Assembly: GCF_006345805.1 (NCBI RefSeq)
Contig: NC_043022.1
Location: 1,798,001 to 1,862,000, forward strand
Direction of reading: 5' to 3'
Source: Octopus sinensis
Lineage: Eukaryota
Length of the DNA: 64,000 bases
Shown: piece after piece, positions 12,658-25,010 of the stretch
Layout of the letters: each line of letters opens with the position of its first letter
Numbering within the stretch: the stretch's first letter is position 1
The notes under the pieces: model-generated
The model's database searches: none
What the model saw: only the letters and a program-made list of their open reading frames with translations
What the model was told of the DNA's origin: nothing
Translations under genes and position numbers: made by a program

Positions 12658-13267
12658 TATATATGTGTGTGTGTGTGTGTGTATGAATGTTTGTATACAC
12701 ACATACACATATACATGTACACACTCTTATACACACACTCACACACACAGATGTGTGTGTGCATGTGTGTGTGTGCATAAGGATGTGTTAGAGTAAGAGT
12801 GTGTAAGTGTGTATGCAGGTCTGTAACCGTACTGAATCCTTCAGACTTGAATTTTAATAAATAAATAAATAAATAAATAAATAAAATAAGATAAAACAGA
12901 AAACAACCCTGCCCCCCCCCCCGCCCCGCCGCCAAAGTCTTCCCTCTTCCCAACACTTATTTTTTTTTTCTTTCTTTCTTCCCTAAATTCAACTTTGAAA
13001 ACTTCAGGATATTACATGTGTGTGCCCCATCCCAACACACATACAGACACACACACACAGAGATACACATACCTACACATCTACATGCATACACAAACAC
13101 ACACAGACACACGCACAAACACACAGACACACGCACAAACACACACACAGACTCAGACACACACATCTACACACAAACACAGACACACACACAAACACAC
13201 AGACACACACACACACAGATACACACACACACAGATACACACACACACACAGATCAACACACACACA

Positions 13268-13321
<54 letters not shown>

Positions 13322-13498
13322 TCGTTCCTACAGCTTCTTCTTCAGGGTGAGAGAGTTGTTGGTGTAAGTGGTGTGTGGGACATATATTTCATTGTTATCT
13401 TATTTTGAAAGTTTCCTGACAGCTGGCTTCCCAGGCGGAGGGGCACACTTGAGAACCGAGTTGTGTGTGTGCTCATGTTGGGAAGAGATAATCTTTTA

Positions 13499-13561
<63 letters not shown>

Positions 13562-13717
13562 GTGTGTGTGTGTGTGGGGGGGGGCTAAGTGATAGTATGT
13601 GTTTTTGCATCAATGCTCATATTCATGATAGCATGTTCATCCAACCCATGCTAGCATGGAAAACGGACATTAAACAACGATGATGATGATGATGATGATA
13701 TATATATATATATATAT

Positions 13718-14110
13718 TTTGCTTTTATACATGTTTCAGTCATCTGACTGCGGCCATGCTGGAGCACCGCCTTTAGTCGAGCAAATCGATCCCGGAACAT
13801 ATTCTTTGTAAGCCCAGTACTTATTCTATCGGTCTCTTTTGCCGAACCGCTAAGTGACGGGGACGTAAACACACCAGCATCAGTTGTTAAGCAATGCTAA
13901 GGGGACAAACACAGACACATAAATATATATATATATATACATATATACGACAGGCTTCTTTCAGTTTCCGTCTACCAAATCCACTCACAAGGCATTGGTC
14001 GGCCCGGGGCTATAGCAGAAGACACTTGCCCAAGATGCCACGCAGTGGGACTGAACCCGGAACCATGTGGTTGGTAAGCAAGCTACTTACCACACAGCCA
14101 CTCCTGCGCC
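13718..14110 (-). mobile_element. SINE family A, full length
   Basis: Reverse complement of the family A consensus. Confidence 0.9.
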
Positions 14111-14126
14111 TATATATATATATATA

Positions 14127-14355
14127 CTTTATTTAAAGCAGCAGAAAATTCAACAAACCCTGTTACTCTGAGTTTCCCGTTGCCGTTCGTCGGACAGTTT
14201 TTTCTAGCAAAAACTGTCCGACGAACGGCAACGGGAAACTCAGAGTAACAGGGTTTGTTGAATTTTCTGCTGCTTTAAATAAAGCATATTACTCTACCAC
14301 TGGTATTTGAGTACTCTTTTTTCCACCTTGTTTCACATTTATGTGTTTACTCTGT
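14127..14355. mobile_element. Perfect 76-bp-arm palindrome plus ~70 bp extension; probable Penelope-like element terminal-repeat fragment
   Basis: 14127-14202 is the exact reverse complement of 14209-14284 (loop TCTAGC); each arm carries a hammerhead-like motif. Confidence 0.7.
14214..14251 (+). ncRNA. Minimal type-I hammerhead-ribozyme-like motif (mirror copy on the minus strand at 14160-14197)
   Basis: CTGT|CCGACGA|ACG-GCAA-CGG|GAA|ACTC-A-GAGT|A|ACAG. Stem I pairs, stem III is quasi-palindromic and the triplet is GUA. Deviations: U4 is C and the base of stem II is an A.G mismatch. Confidence 0.55.
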
Positions 14356-14399
14356 ATATATATATATATATGAAACAAGTAAAAAATAAAACAATATAT

Positions 14400-14432
<33 letters not shown>

Positions 14433-14435
14433 TGT

Positions 14436-14791
14436 TTTATTTTTTACTTGTTTCAGTCATTTGATTGCGTCCATGCTGGAGCACCACCTTTAGTTGAACA
14501 AATCGACCGCAGGACTTATTCTTTGTAAGCCTAGTACTTATGCTATCAGTTTCTTTAGCCAAACTGCTGAGTTAGAGGGAGGTAAACACACCAACATTGG
14601 TCGTCAAGCAACGGTGGGGGAATGAATACACACACACAAACATATGCATACACACATATATATGTATACGATGGGCTTCTTTTCAGTTTCCATCTACCAA
14701 ATGCACTCACAAGACTTTGGTCAGCCTGAGGCTATAGTAGATGACCATGTGGTTGGGAGGCAAGCTACTTACCATACAGCCACTCCTGTGC
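14436..14791 (-). mobile_element. SINE family A, older diverged copy with internal deletion
   Basis: Family A motifs on the minus strand. Confidence 0.8.
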
Positions 14792-15059
14792 CTATATAAA
14801 TGTGTTTGTATATGGAAAAACGGTCAAGGTAGAAAATGCTAAAATAATTTTATAAAAAACATTTCAGTACCGGTTTCAGTCATTGAGACTTTGTCAACTG
14901 TAAGTATGGAAAACAATTAAGTTTTGGAAAAATTAAAAGAAACGTTTTTTTAAAGAATATTTGCATAGTATTCAAATACAAGGGGTATTTTCCTTGTTTC
15001 TGCCTGTCTCTGTCTCTCTTGCATACTCTTGTGGGTTCCTTCTTTGTTTGGATTCACTA

Positions 15060-15100
<41 letters not shown>

Positions 15101-15619
15101 GTATGAATGGAACAAACACACAAGAGGACAATAAAACATCTAGACAGATAAACGATACAAAGGCAGACAGGAAAAAAAGAACGGATCATTTGTGGCCTCC
15201 TTTCGTCAGTCAAGTTACCAGATGTCCTTACAGTTTCGGGCAGTTACACCTGAGACTGTTCAATCTGGTTGCTCCCCAAAAAGTCTAAGCTAAGAGCATT
15301 AGATTTGTTATAAGATAGGGAATGATTTACTTGTTTCAGTCATTAGGCTGGGGCCATGCTGGGGCACCACCTTAAAGACATTTTACTCAAATGAATCAAC
15401 TCTGAGTCCTTACATTTTTGCAAGCCTGGTACTTACATTATTAACCTCTTTGTTTGAACTGTTAAGTTATGGACCATAAACATACCAACACCGGTTGTCA
15501 AGATGCCATGTGGGGCAAACACACACACATGTATATACTGAAATATGTTTTTTCTTTTGGTTTTCTTTCATTGGAAGGGAGGTGGCAAAGTGACCAAGCT
15601 CCTGGGCCACATGGAGGCA

Positions 15620-15945
15620 AGGTGGCTGAGTTCCTTTCAAGTGTTGGGTCTCACAGACGCAAGGACCAAGACCTTTGGCATTATGTTGTGCTTGAGAAGA
15701 AGACCCATCAAGCCAAGCAAAATCTCAGGTATGGCAGATACCAGTGTCACGCAAATGGCATGCCGGTGGCAAGTAAAAGCATCCATTACACTCTCGGAGT
15801 GGCTGGTGTTAGGGAGGGCATCCGGCCATAGAAAACCACGCCAAATCAGAGTGGAGCCTGGTGCAGCCCTTCCAGCTTATCAGCCTAGTCAAACTGTCCA
15901 ACCCATGCCAGCATGGACAACGGATGCTAAATGACGATGATGATG
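15620..15945 (+). mobile_element. RTE-type LINE 3' end with (GAT)n tail
   Basis: DQDLWHYVVLEKKTHQAK, then the family 3' UTR. Confidence 0.7.
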
Positions 15946-16356
15946 ATATATGTATGTGGCGGGCTTATTTCAGTTTCCATCTACTAATCCAGCCACAAAG
16001 CTTTGGTCACATCTGAGGCTATAGTAGAAGACACTTGCCCAAGGTACCATGCAGTGGGACTGAACTCGGAACCATGTGGTGGGGAAGCAAACTTCATACC
16101 ACACAGCCACACTTATGCAATAACATTAATTATAACTTTTAAGCATAATGTGGTGATGATGATGATGATGATGATGAGGATGATGTGCAATGTAACTTCC
16201 CCCTACATACCAGACTTCACTTGATTGTTGTTGTTATTTAGCCAGCTCTGATTGAGCATACCTATGGCCAGAGGCATTCCAACCATGACCATCCTGTCCT
16301 TTCAGGAAAAAGGGTAGAGCTAGGACAACATTGTCAAAAGTGTCCTTCCTTATTAA

Positions 16357-16578
16357 CCCTTTTGCTACTGTATTTCTGTAGAGACGTTTTGTGTTTCTTT
16401 CAATTCATTTTAAATATAACAAAGAATTTAGTAAAATAACTTTGTTATCATTAAGCTAGTGTTAGGAACATAAATTGTGACTAAGGTTTGGTGGAAGGTT
16501 TTAATTCAGAACTTATGAAAATGAGACATTTATAATACAGAGCCAGGGGTGGTTTCAGTTGGGTTGATATCAAAACGG
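16357..16578. mobile_element. piggyBac-like MITE (~222 bp)
   Basis: TTAA|CCCTTTTG...CAAAACGG|TTAA; a second copy follows at 16664. Confidence 0.7.
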
Positions 16579-16663
16579 TTAATTTTCAGATTTTGCTTCA
16601 CTTGTTAGAAATAGCAGCCAAATCTTGTGCAAATTGAAGACATATTCGACTGACTGTCTTTAG

Positions 16664-16885
16664 CCCTTTTGCTACTGTATTTCTGTTGAGATGCTTTATG
16701 TTTCTTTCAATTCATTTTAAATTTAACAAAGAATTTAGTAAAATAACTTTGTTATCATTCAGCTAGTTTTAGGAACATAAATTGTGACTAAGGTTTGGTG
16801 GAAGATTTTAATTCAGAACTTATGAAAAGAAGACATTTGTACTACAGAGCCAGAGGCGGTTTCATGCGGGTTGGTATCAAAAGGG
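16664..16885. mobile_element. piggyBac-like MITE (~222 bp), direct copy of 16357-16578
   Basis: TTAG|CCCTTTTG...CAAAAGGG|TTAA. Confidence 0.7.
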
Positions 16886-17256
16886 TTAAGATGGTAAAAT
16901 GTGTGATGTGCACACACAGACACACATACACAGAAAAACACACATATACATACACACATACACATATACATACACACAAATGCACACATACACAGAGATA
17001 CACACATTTGTAGCATTTCATTCCAGTATTTCTATAATTGTCTTTCATTACAATCTGTCTGAGATGTTCTTATCAATTCCTGCATCGTTTTCAAACCAAA
17101 GACCGACAGGATGCCTTCACAACAAAGCTTTATTAAAAACAAATTTAATTCCCATAAATTTCTTCTGCAAAGTTAGTTACTTAACATGCAAGGCTATGCA
17201 TAAACCTATTTGCAAGAGCTCACATTTCTTGTCCTGGTTTGGGCAGGTTTTATATA

Positions 17257-17305
<49 letters not shown>

Positions 17306-17509
17306 CATCATCATTGTCATCATGGGTTGGAAGGTTTGACAGAAGCTAGCAAGGCTGCAAGCCATACCAAGCTCCGTGTGTTTTGGCGTGGTTTCTATGG
17401 CTTGATGCCCTTCCTAATGCCAACCACTTTATAGAGCAGACTGGGTACATGAGGCATCAACACCAACAAGTACCTTGCAGGACATAAAAAAAAAGACAAA
17501 ATATGAAAT

Positions 17510-17812
17510 CTGCCCATGCTTGCAGCATTCCTCTCGTGGGTAGGTGTTTATGCTTCAGCAGAGCAATACACTTCTCTTCCATGGGTGTATTGAGTTCTTT
17601 CACATTTGCCTCAAACCAGTCATGTGTCATTTTCCTCCTCCTCATCTTCCCAAAGGCCCACTGTGCAGTGCTATGGATGATGTCCCTGAGAGAGCCCCAT
17701 TTCTGCTGAACATTGCCTTCTGGTGGGTCTGCAAGAAGGGCATTTTCTAGTGTCTTGAAGAATGTATCTTTGTTGGTTGTTGGGTTGATGCACTGCTTGC
17801 CTGGGGGCTTGG
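17510..17812 (-). mobile_element. RTE-clade LINE ORF fragment (region after the endonuclease domain)
   Basis: The minus strand reads KTLENALLADPPEGNVQQKWGSLRDIIHSTAQWAFGKMRRRKMTHDWFEANVKELNTPMEEKCIALL, matching the RTE KW..LRD....A...FGK...K..DWF pattern. Confidence 0.75.
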
Positions 17813-17814
17813 CG

Positions 17815-18100
17815 AGTGCATTATTTATGGTTGGAACTTGAGATTAGAGCAAACCAGGAAGCAGTCTATGCTGCAGTCAATGCTCTGAAAAGATCAAGTC
17901 AGGAGGAAATTCTTCAGGTCATTGTGTCTTGTGATAACCAAATCTGTTGGGCTCAAATCTTATTTGCGAACCAATGGAACTTCCACCAACTATTCTGCTT
18001 ATAGGTCTGTGCACACCTTTGAAAGCAATGTATGCCAGAAGGTCTGCAAATCTAACGGAGGCTTCAAAAGACATTTTAAGTTCCTCAAAGGATAATACGG
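17815..18100 (+). mobile_element. Decayed RTE-like C-terminal fragment in opposite orientation
   Basis: Ends NVCQKVCKSNGGFKRHFKFLKG*, a CxxC...H motif like RTE C-termini; the upstream part is frameshifted. Confidence 0.5.
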
Positions 18101-18275
18101 GTGAAGTTGAATGAAGAAGAATATATGGAATAAATTCATGGATAATAAAGGCATTTCTAAACTGGTCGTTCAGTATCTCACCCATGAGGGATTGATGCTG
18201 GACGATTTGAAACATCTGTAATGAGTAATAAACATTCTCGTATCTTTCATTTTCTGTCTCACTTATTAATCAAAT

Positions 18276-18309
<34 letters not shown>

Positions 18310-18312
<3 letters not shown>

Positions 18313-18690
18313 TTTTGCTCTTTTACTTGTTTCAGTCATTTGACTGTGGCCATGCTAGAGCACTGCCTTTAGTCGAACAAATCAACCCCAGGACTTATTC
18401 TTTGTAAGCTGAGTATTTATTCTATTGATCTCCTTTGCTGAACAGCAAAGTTACAGGGATGTAAAGACACCAACATCGGTTGTCAAGCAATGGAGGGGGG
18501 GGCGACAAACACAGACACACACACACATATATATACAATGGGCTTCTTTCAGTTTCCGTCAACCAAATCCACTCAAAAGACTTTAATTGGCCCGAGGTTA
18601 TAGTAGAAGACACTTGCCCAAGGTGCCACACAGTGGGACTGAACCTAGAACCATGTGCCTGGGAAGCAAGCTTCTTACCACACAGCCATG
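18310..18690 (-). mobile_element. SINE family A
   Basis: Family A motifs on the minus strand. Confidence 0.85.
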
Positions 18691-19120
18691 CCTGATGGGC
18701 TTCTTTCAGTTTCTCTCCGCTAAATCACTCACAAAGCTTTGGTCAGTCCAGGGCAATAGTAGAAGATGCTTGTGGTGCCATGCAGTGAGACTGAAACTAA
18801 AACCATTTCACTGGAAGTACTTACTATTTCAAAAAAGACAGGACTGGTTATTCCAGTCGTGCCCACACCACTGGTTTCCAGTTTATTCCCCTCCCACCCC
18901 ACCCACCCACTAGACCTCATTATTTGCTGTTTCTATTCTTCAAAACTGTGTCTGGTCATAATACAGGATGGATGCAAGCGAGATAAATTGATTAAAATAT
19001 TGATACAACATCAAAATTCCTGATGGTCTTTTTTTAACCCCCCCCCATCCCAACTGAGAACAAAACATTCTCTTTGAAACCAAATCCTTTATTGTATTCG
19101 CATTTAAAATATCAAAAGCA

Positions 19121-19179
<59 letters not shown>

Positions 19180-19449
19180 CCTAACCAAAATTTAATAATC
19201 AATACTTTTGATCTGTTTTTTTTTAATGTTTTTTTCCTGTTTCATAAATATTGAAGTGGTGTAGATATAACACATAGCTTTGTGGTTAAGAAGTTTGTCT
19301 AGCAACTCTGTGGTTTGGGGTTCAGTCCCAATGTGTGACACTTTGGCTACGTGTCTTTTATTGTAGTCCTGGGCTGACCAATGCCTTATGAAGGAATCTG
19401 GAAGTTGGAAACTGCAAGAAGCCCATTATATATATATATATATATATAT

Positions 19450-19844
19450 ACTCTTTTACTCTTTTACTTGTTTCAGTCATTTGACTGCAGCCATGCTGGA
19501 GCACTGCCTGTAGTCGAGCAAATTGATCCCGGGACTTATTCTTTTGTAAGCCCAGTACTTATTCTATCAGTCTCTTTTTTGCCGAACCGCTAAGTAACGG
19601 GGACGTAAACACACCAGCATTGGTTGTCAAGCAATGCTAGGGGGACAAACACAGACACACATACATATATATATATATATACGACAGGATTCTTTCAGTT
19701 TCCGTCAACCAAATCCACTCACAAGGCATTGGTCGGCCCGGGGCTATAGCAGAAGACACTTGCCCAAGATGCCACGCAGTGGGACTGAACCCGGAACCAT
19801 GTGGCTGGTTAGCAAGCTACTTACCACACAGCCACTCCTGCGCC
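19450..19844 (-). mobile_element. SINE family A, full length
   Basis: Reverse complement of the consensus; a plus-strand head fragment lies at about 19270-19430. Confidence 0.9.
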
Positions 19845-19959
19845 TATATATATATATATATATACAGATAAGAAAAGAAATGGAGTAACAATTAACAATT
19901 ACAAGTTGATCATTGGTATTAAAAGGTCAAAGTTTAATTGTATTAAAAGGTCAACTTCT

Positions 19960-20365
19960 GAGGCGGGAGGGAGGTATAAGTTAATTACATGGACCCTTGT
20001 GTTCAACTGGTATTTATTTCATTGACCCCGAAAGGATGGAAGGCAAAGTTGACCTCAGCAGAATTTGAACTCAGAACGTAGCAACTGGTGAAATACCTAT
20101 TTCTTTACTACCCACAAGGGGCTAAACATACAGGGGACAAATAAGGACAGACATAGGTATTAAGTCGATTATATCGACCCCAGTGCGTAACTGGTACATA
20201 ATTTATCGACCCCGAAAGGATGAAAGGCAAAGTCGACCTCGGCGGAATTTGAACTCACTACGTAACGCAGACGAAATACCGCTAAGCATTTCGCCCGGCG
20301 TGCTAACGTTTCTGCCAGCTCGCCGCCTATAGCATTTCGTCTAGCGTGCTAACGATTCTGCCAGC
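19960..20365 (-). mobile_element. SINE-B copy (about 20096-20328) nested inside an older SINE-B
   Basis: The host sequence is interrupted at GAAATAC and resumes at AGCATTTCGTC. Confidence 0.75.
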
Positions 20366-22523
20366 TTGCTATCTTTTTTTATCAATAATGTAGAAGCTAA
20401 TGTGTATCATTTTTCAAAGTGATGCAGATATTGACTCCTTATTGCTAATTTAATTTAGCTTTAAATTGATCTGTTTTTCTATCAAAGGATACTGCACTGA
20501 CTTCCCCACCAAAGATTCTCTATAAGTGCTACAACCTTAGCCCATGTCTACATATCAACAAAGAAAGCCTGCTGAGATCTCTTTAGAATAGGGATTGAAA
20601 GCATAAGGACCTTGTCTCCAGTGATGCATGCAGTTTACATAAAAGCTGGGCAGGGCAATACTTCAATGATGCTATTGCTGTAGATCCGATAATTCAAAAT
20701 GGGAATTTGATTTGAAAGGGTAGAATAGCTTCCACTGAAACTGGTTTGAAATTTGAAAGTTCTTTGAGAGAACTTTGGTCATAAGGACTGTGCCTCGGGT
20801 TAGTTTGGTGAAGTAGTTTGCAATTCATTTGGAATATGATTCCGTATTACAAATGCTGCTCTACTGGAACTGCTCTAATTCCAAGAAATATTCTTCATCT
20901 ATTTCATCAAATGGCAAAATTACTTTTTGGACATTGTACTGTTTTTTATATCAGGTCAACAGAGTTGTGCCAAACACACAAAACACAAACGTGGACATAA
21001 ACACACAAACACACACACACAACTCAACAGACTAACCGATGCCTCATGAGTGGACTTGGCAAATGAAAACTGTCTGTCTGTCTGTCTAGTTGTTTATCTA
21101 TCTGTTCAAAATTGTCGTTATCATTTAACCACCGTTTTCCATGGGTTGGATGGTTTTGCAGGAACTGGCAAACCAGAAGACCCTGCCAAGCTCTGCTGTC
21201 TGCTTTGGCATGGTTTCTTGGTGCCCTTCCTAATGTCAACTTTTTACGGAGCACATTGGGTCCTTTTTGAATGGCGCAAGCACCGGTGAGGTCACCATGT
21301 AACTCGCAAGACAAAGGCCCCTCAATCGAGAGAGGAAATAGTATTGAGGGAGATGGCTTTGAGCCAGTTGATGAGGGGTTAAAGGAATAATAGAGGGATT
21401 GAGATAGGGGTCATGTTGTAAAAAAGAAACAAGGATGCCCCAGGAGGGAAAGATAGGGGAGAAAAAGAGACTTAAGGAGAAATAGAGCGAGAGTGAGCGG
21501 GATGGTGGTGGAGATGTGTCAAGACATACCCTTAACGTACAGTGGAAGGGAAAATAAAGGTGAACTGATACAGACAATTAGGCAGGATGAGTGGGGCAAG
21601 GGGACAGAGTGGGAAGTTTCGTAAGAATACACACATACATGTCTGTTGCAGCCTCCACCCCCCTCCAGATTGCCAGCATGGGCAATGGACGTTAAATGAT
21701 GATGATGATGATGATGATATATGGCAGCGTCCACCTTACATACAGTCACAAAATTTAAGTGAGGTTGAGGTTATAGTAAAAGATGTTTTCCCAAGGGACT
21801 TTACAGTAGAACTGAACCCGGAATCATGTGGTTGGGAAGCAAACTGCTTAACCACACAGCCATGCCTGCTCCCTAATAACACAGCTGTGGATGGAACACA
21901 ACTATTATTCACACACACACACACACACTGTTAATCACCACCACTACTACCACCACCACCACCACCACCACTACCACCACCACCACCACTACTACCACCA
22001 CCACCACTACCACCACTACCACTGCCAGCACTATTGCTATTGGCACCACCACTGCCACCATCAGTATCACTGCCACCACCACCACCACCACACCACCACC
22101 ACCACCATCGCTGGACACCAGACATGAGAAGCTGGGATTGAAGTGAAGCAGGAAGACCTACAGGATACAGCGATTTCTTCCCAGGCATCACAATCACCCC
22201 CACCCGTCTCCCCACTCATCTTCCCTCACCCCACCCCCACCCCACAGCCGAACCAGCAACATCATTTGGAGTGATGAGGAGGCAGCTAGCGCACACACCC
22301 GCACCCGTACACACACACACACAGAGTGGTGCTGATGGTGGTGTACCCTGAGAGAGGTGTGTGTGCATGTGTAAGTGTGTGTGTGTGTGTGTATGTGTGT
22401 GTGTGTGTGTGCAGAGAAGAGCTGGGAGTGGGGATATCTGTGGAAACAGGAAGTGTTTCCCATGCTGCTACCAAATTTGATAGTTCAAGGGGCAATCCAT
22501 CATCCTTCAGGGGTCAGCATTTT

Positions 22524-22561
<38 letters not shown>

Positions 22562-23050
22562 TATTATTACTACTGCAGAGGGAAATGTCACATGTGGTAG
22601 GGTGGGGAGGGAGTTGGGTCCTAAGGTTCACCAACTAATTACACACACACACACACGCACACACGCACACACATGTATAAACACAGACACACATATGAAC
22701 ACATACAAGTCATATGTAGACACATACATGCATATAAACACACAAGCACACACACATATACGTGTATACACAAACAGATGCATACGCATTCATATACACG
22801 ACACATACATCTATGGTAGAAATTCATCCCCACCCCCACCACCAACACCACCACCCCCACCACCAACACCACCACCTCCATCACCACCTCCATCACCACC
22901 TCCATCACCACCTTCATCATCCGCCTCCCACCAAGAACTGGCAAACCAGAGAACTGCACCAAGCTCTCTTCTCAGCCCTTCCTAATGGCAACCACTTCAC
23001 ATAGTATCTTGGGTGCTTGTTACATGGCACCAGTGCTTTTTATGTGGCAC

Positions 23051-23223
23051 CAGGGGCTGGCTCTAGGGTTGCTGGCACCCCGGGTATGCTGAACTTCAGC
23101 GTCCTTACAAGTATGATTTTTAAAAAACTTTCACACAGAGAACAACTGAAAGTATAGCCTGAAAAAAAAACACATGGCACCCCAGGTGACTGCCCAAGTT
23201 GCTGGTACCTCGAGCTGGCCCTG
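23051..23223. mobile_element. hAT-like MITE (~173 bp)
   Basis: TIRs CAGGGGCTGGCTCTAGG and CCTCGAGCTGGCCCTG; 8-bp flanks TGTGGCAC and TGTGACAC (TSD with one mismatch). Confidence 0.65.
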
Positions 23224-23367
23224 TGTGACACCAGCATTTTTTGGGGGGTCCCCAAATAACGACGTTTTGAGCTGAAACTCTTTGAGAGAAAGGAAGGAGA
23301 GGAAAATAAAACGGAGAGAGAGAAAAATGTATAAAGATTAACGGCTTGCATCACTCCATGTCAATCT

Positions 23368-23534
23368 TATTCAGTCATTTGACTGCAGCCATGCTGGAGC
23401 ACCACCTTTAGTCGAGCAAATCGACCCCAGGACTTATTCTTTGTAAGCCTAGTATTTATTCTATCGGTCTCTTTTGCTGAACCAGCATCCGTTGTCAAGC
23501 GATGTTGGGGGGACAAACACTGACACAAACATAT

Positions 23535-23577
<43 letters not shown>

Positions 23578-23742
23578 TACGACAGGCTTCTTTCAGTTTC
23601 CGTCAACTAAATCCCCTCACAAGGCTTTGGTCGGCCCAAGGCTATAGTAGAAGACTCTTGCCCATGGTGCTGTGCAGTGGGATTGAACCTGGAACCATGT
23701 GGTTAATAAGCAAGCTACTTACCACACAGCCACTCCTGCGCC
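23368..23742 (-). mobile_element. SINE family A
   Basis: Family A motifs on the minus strand. Confidence 0.85.
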
Positions 23743-23950
23743 TATATGTATGTTTTGTTTTGTTGTTTGTTTTTGTCATTGTCCTGTACATTTGTTAGCT
23801 ATTCCCAGTGACTTTTTGCTACTGGCGCCACCAACGTTAAAGGCATGAAATTGTAAAGATCTTTTGGACATTGACTGATGATGAATTAGCTATGAATTTT
23901 CTGTTTGTTATGTTTTTGTTAAATTTTTGAAATATATATACATATATATA

Positions 23951-24343
23951 GGCGCAGGAGTGGATGTGTGGTAAGTAGCTTGCTTACCAACCAAATGGTT
24001 TTGGGTTCAGTCCCACTGCGTGGCACCTTGGGCAAGTGTTTTCTTCTATAGCCTTGGGATGACCAAAGCCTTGTGAGTGGATTTGGTAGACGGAGACTGA
24101 AAGAAGCCCATCGTATATATGTATATATATGTGTATGTGTGTGTATATGTTTGTCCCTCCAACATCACTTGACAACCGATGCTGGTGTGTTTACGTCCCC
24201 GTAACTTAGCGGTTTGGCAAAAGAGACTGATAGAATTAGTACTGGGCTTACAAAGAATAAGTCCTGGGGTCGATTTGCTCGACTAAAGGTAGTGCTCCAG
24301 CATGGCCGCAGTCAAATGACTGAAACAAGTAAAAGAGTAAAGA
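23951..24343 (+). mobile_element. SINE family A, full length, followed by further fragments to about 24690
   Basis: Family A architecture. Confidence 0.9.
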
Positions 24344-24707
24344 GTATATATAGGTGCAGGCATGGCTGTGTGCTAAGAAGCTTGCTTTCCAACAACATGG
24401 TTCTGAGTTCAGTCCCACTGTATGGCACCTTGAGAAAGTGTCTCCAACTATAGCTTTGGGCCAATCAAAGCCTTGTGAGTAGATTTGTCAGATGGAAACT
24501 GAGCGAAGCCCATTGTATATATGTAGATATATATATGTACATGTGTGTGCTCGGCCCCACTTAGCAATTGATAGAACAAGAACCAGATTTTAAAAAGAAG
24601 TACATGCGTTGAAGCATTCAACTAAAAATTCTTCAAGGTGGTGCTCCAGCATGGCCACAGTCTAATGACGGAAACAAACGAAAAAGAAAAGATACACATA
24701 TACACAC

Positions 24708-24742
<35 letters not shown>

Positions 24743-24743
<1 letters not shown>

Positions 24744-25010
24744 GATAAGAAAATGGAGAAATACATCTAAATCAAATATCCATTACCAGATAATACTCAA
24801 TCACATACTTTATTAAACCACCATATAAGAGACTGTAGGGTTAAATATAAAAAAGCAGAACAAATCAGTGTACATAAAGGAATGTACATAAAAAAGTGTA
24901 CATAAAAGAGTAATGTTGTATAATAAGTAGAATATATATAAAAGAGAATATAAATATAAGTATAGATTACATCTTACAGCTGTTTCAGCCATGTAGATAA
25001 GTATGTCTCA
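24743..25010 (-). mobile_element. Probable Penelope-like terminal-repeat fragment with the 3' half of a hammerhead motif
   Basis: The minus strand has GAA-ACAGCTGT-A (palindromic stem III, GUA) followed by an AT-rich tail with AATAAA; a similar 3' end lies at about 19862-19925. Confidence 0.4.

Noticed and set aside
13894-14136. Recurrent RQASFSFRLPNPLTRHWSARGYSRRHLPK ORFs (also 8190, 10147, 19634, 23502, 34276, 43140)
   Set aside because: Antisense translation of SINE family A, not a gene family.
15120-15320. Possible further hammerhead (CTGACGA and GAAAC on the minus strand)
   Set aside because: The motifs are in an order and spacing for which I could not pair stems I and II.
20480-20900. 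Very old L2/CR1 reverse transcriptase relic on the minus strand
   Set aside because: Only faint motifs (LSNFKPVSVEAI, SIPILKR) amid many stops; too weak to call without an HMM search.
22120-22270. Exon-like EAGIEVKQEDLQDTAISSQASQSPPP reading
   Set aside because: Bounded by stops, with no credible acceptor or donor.
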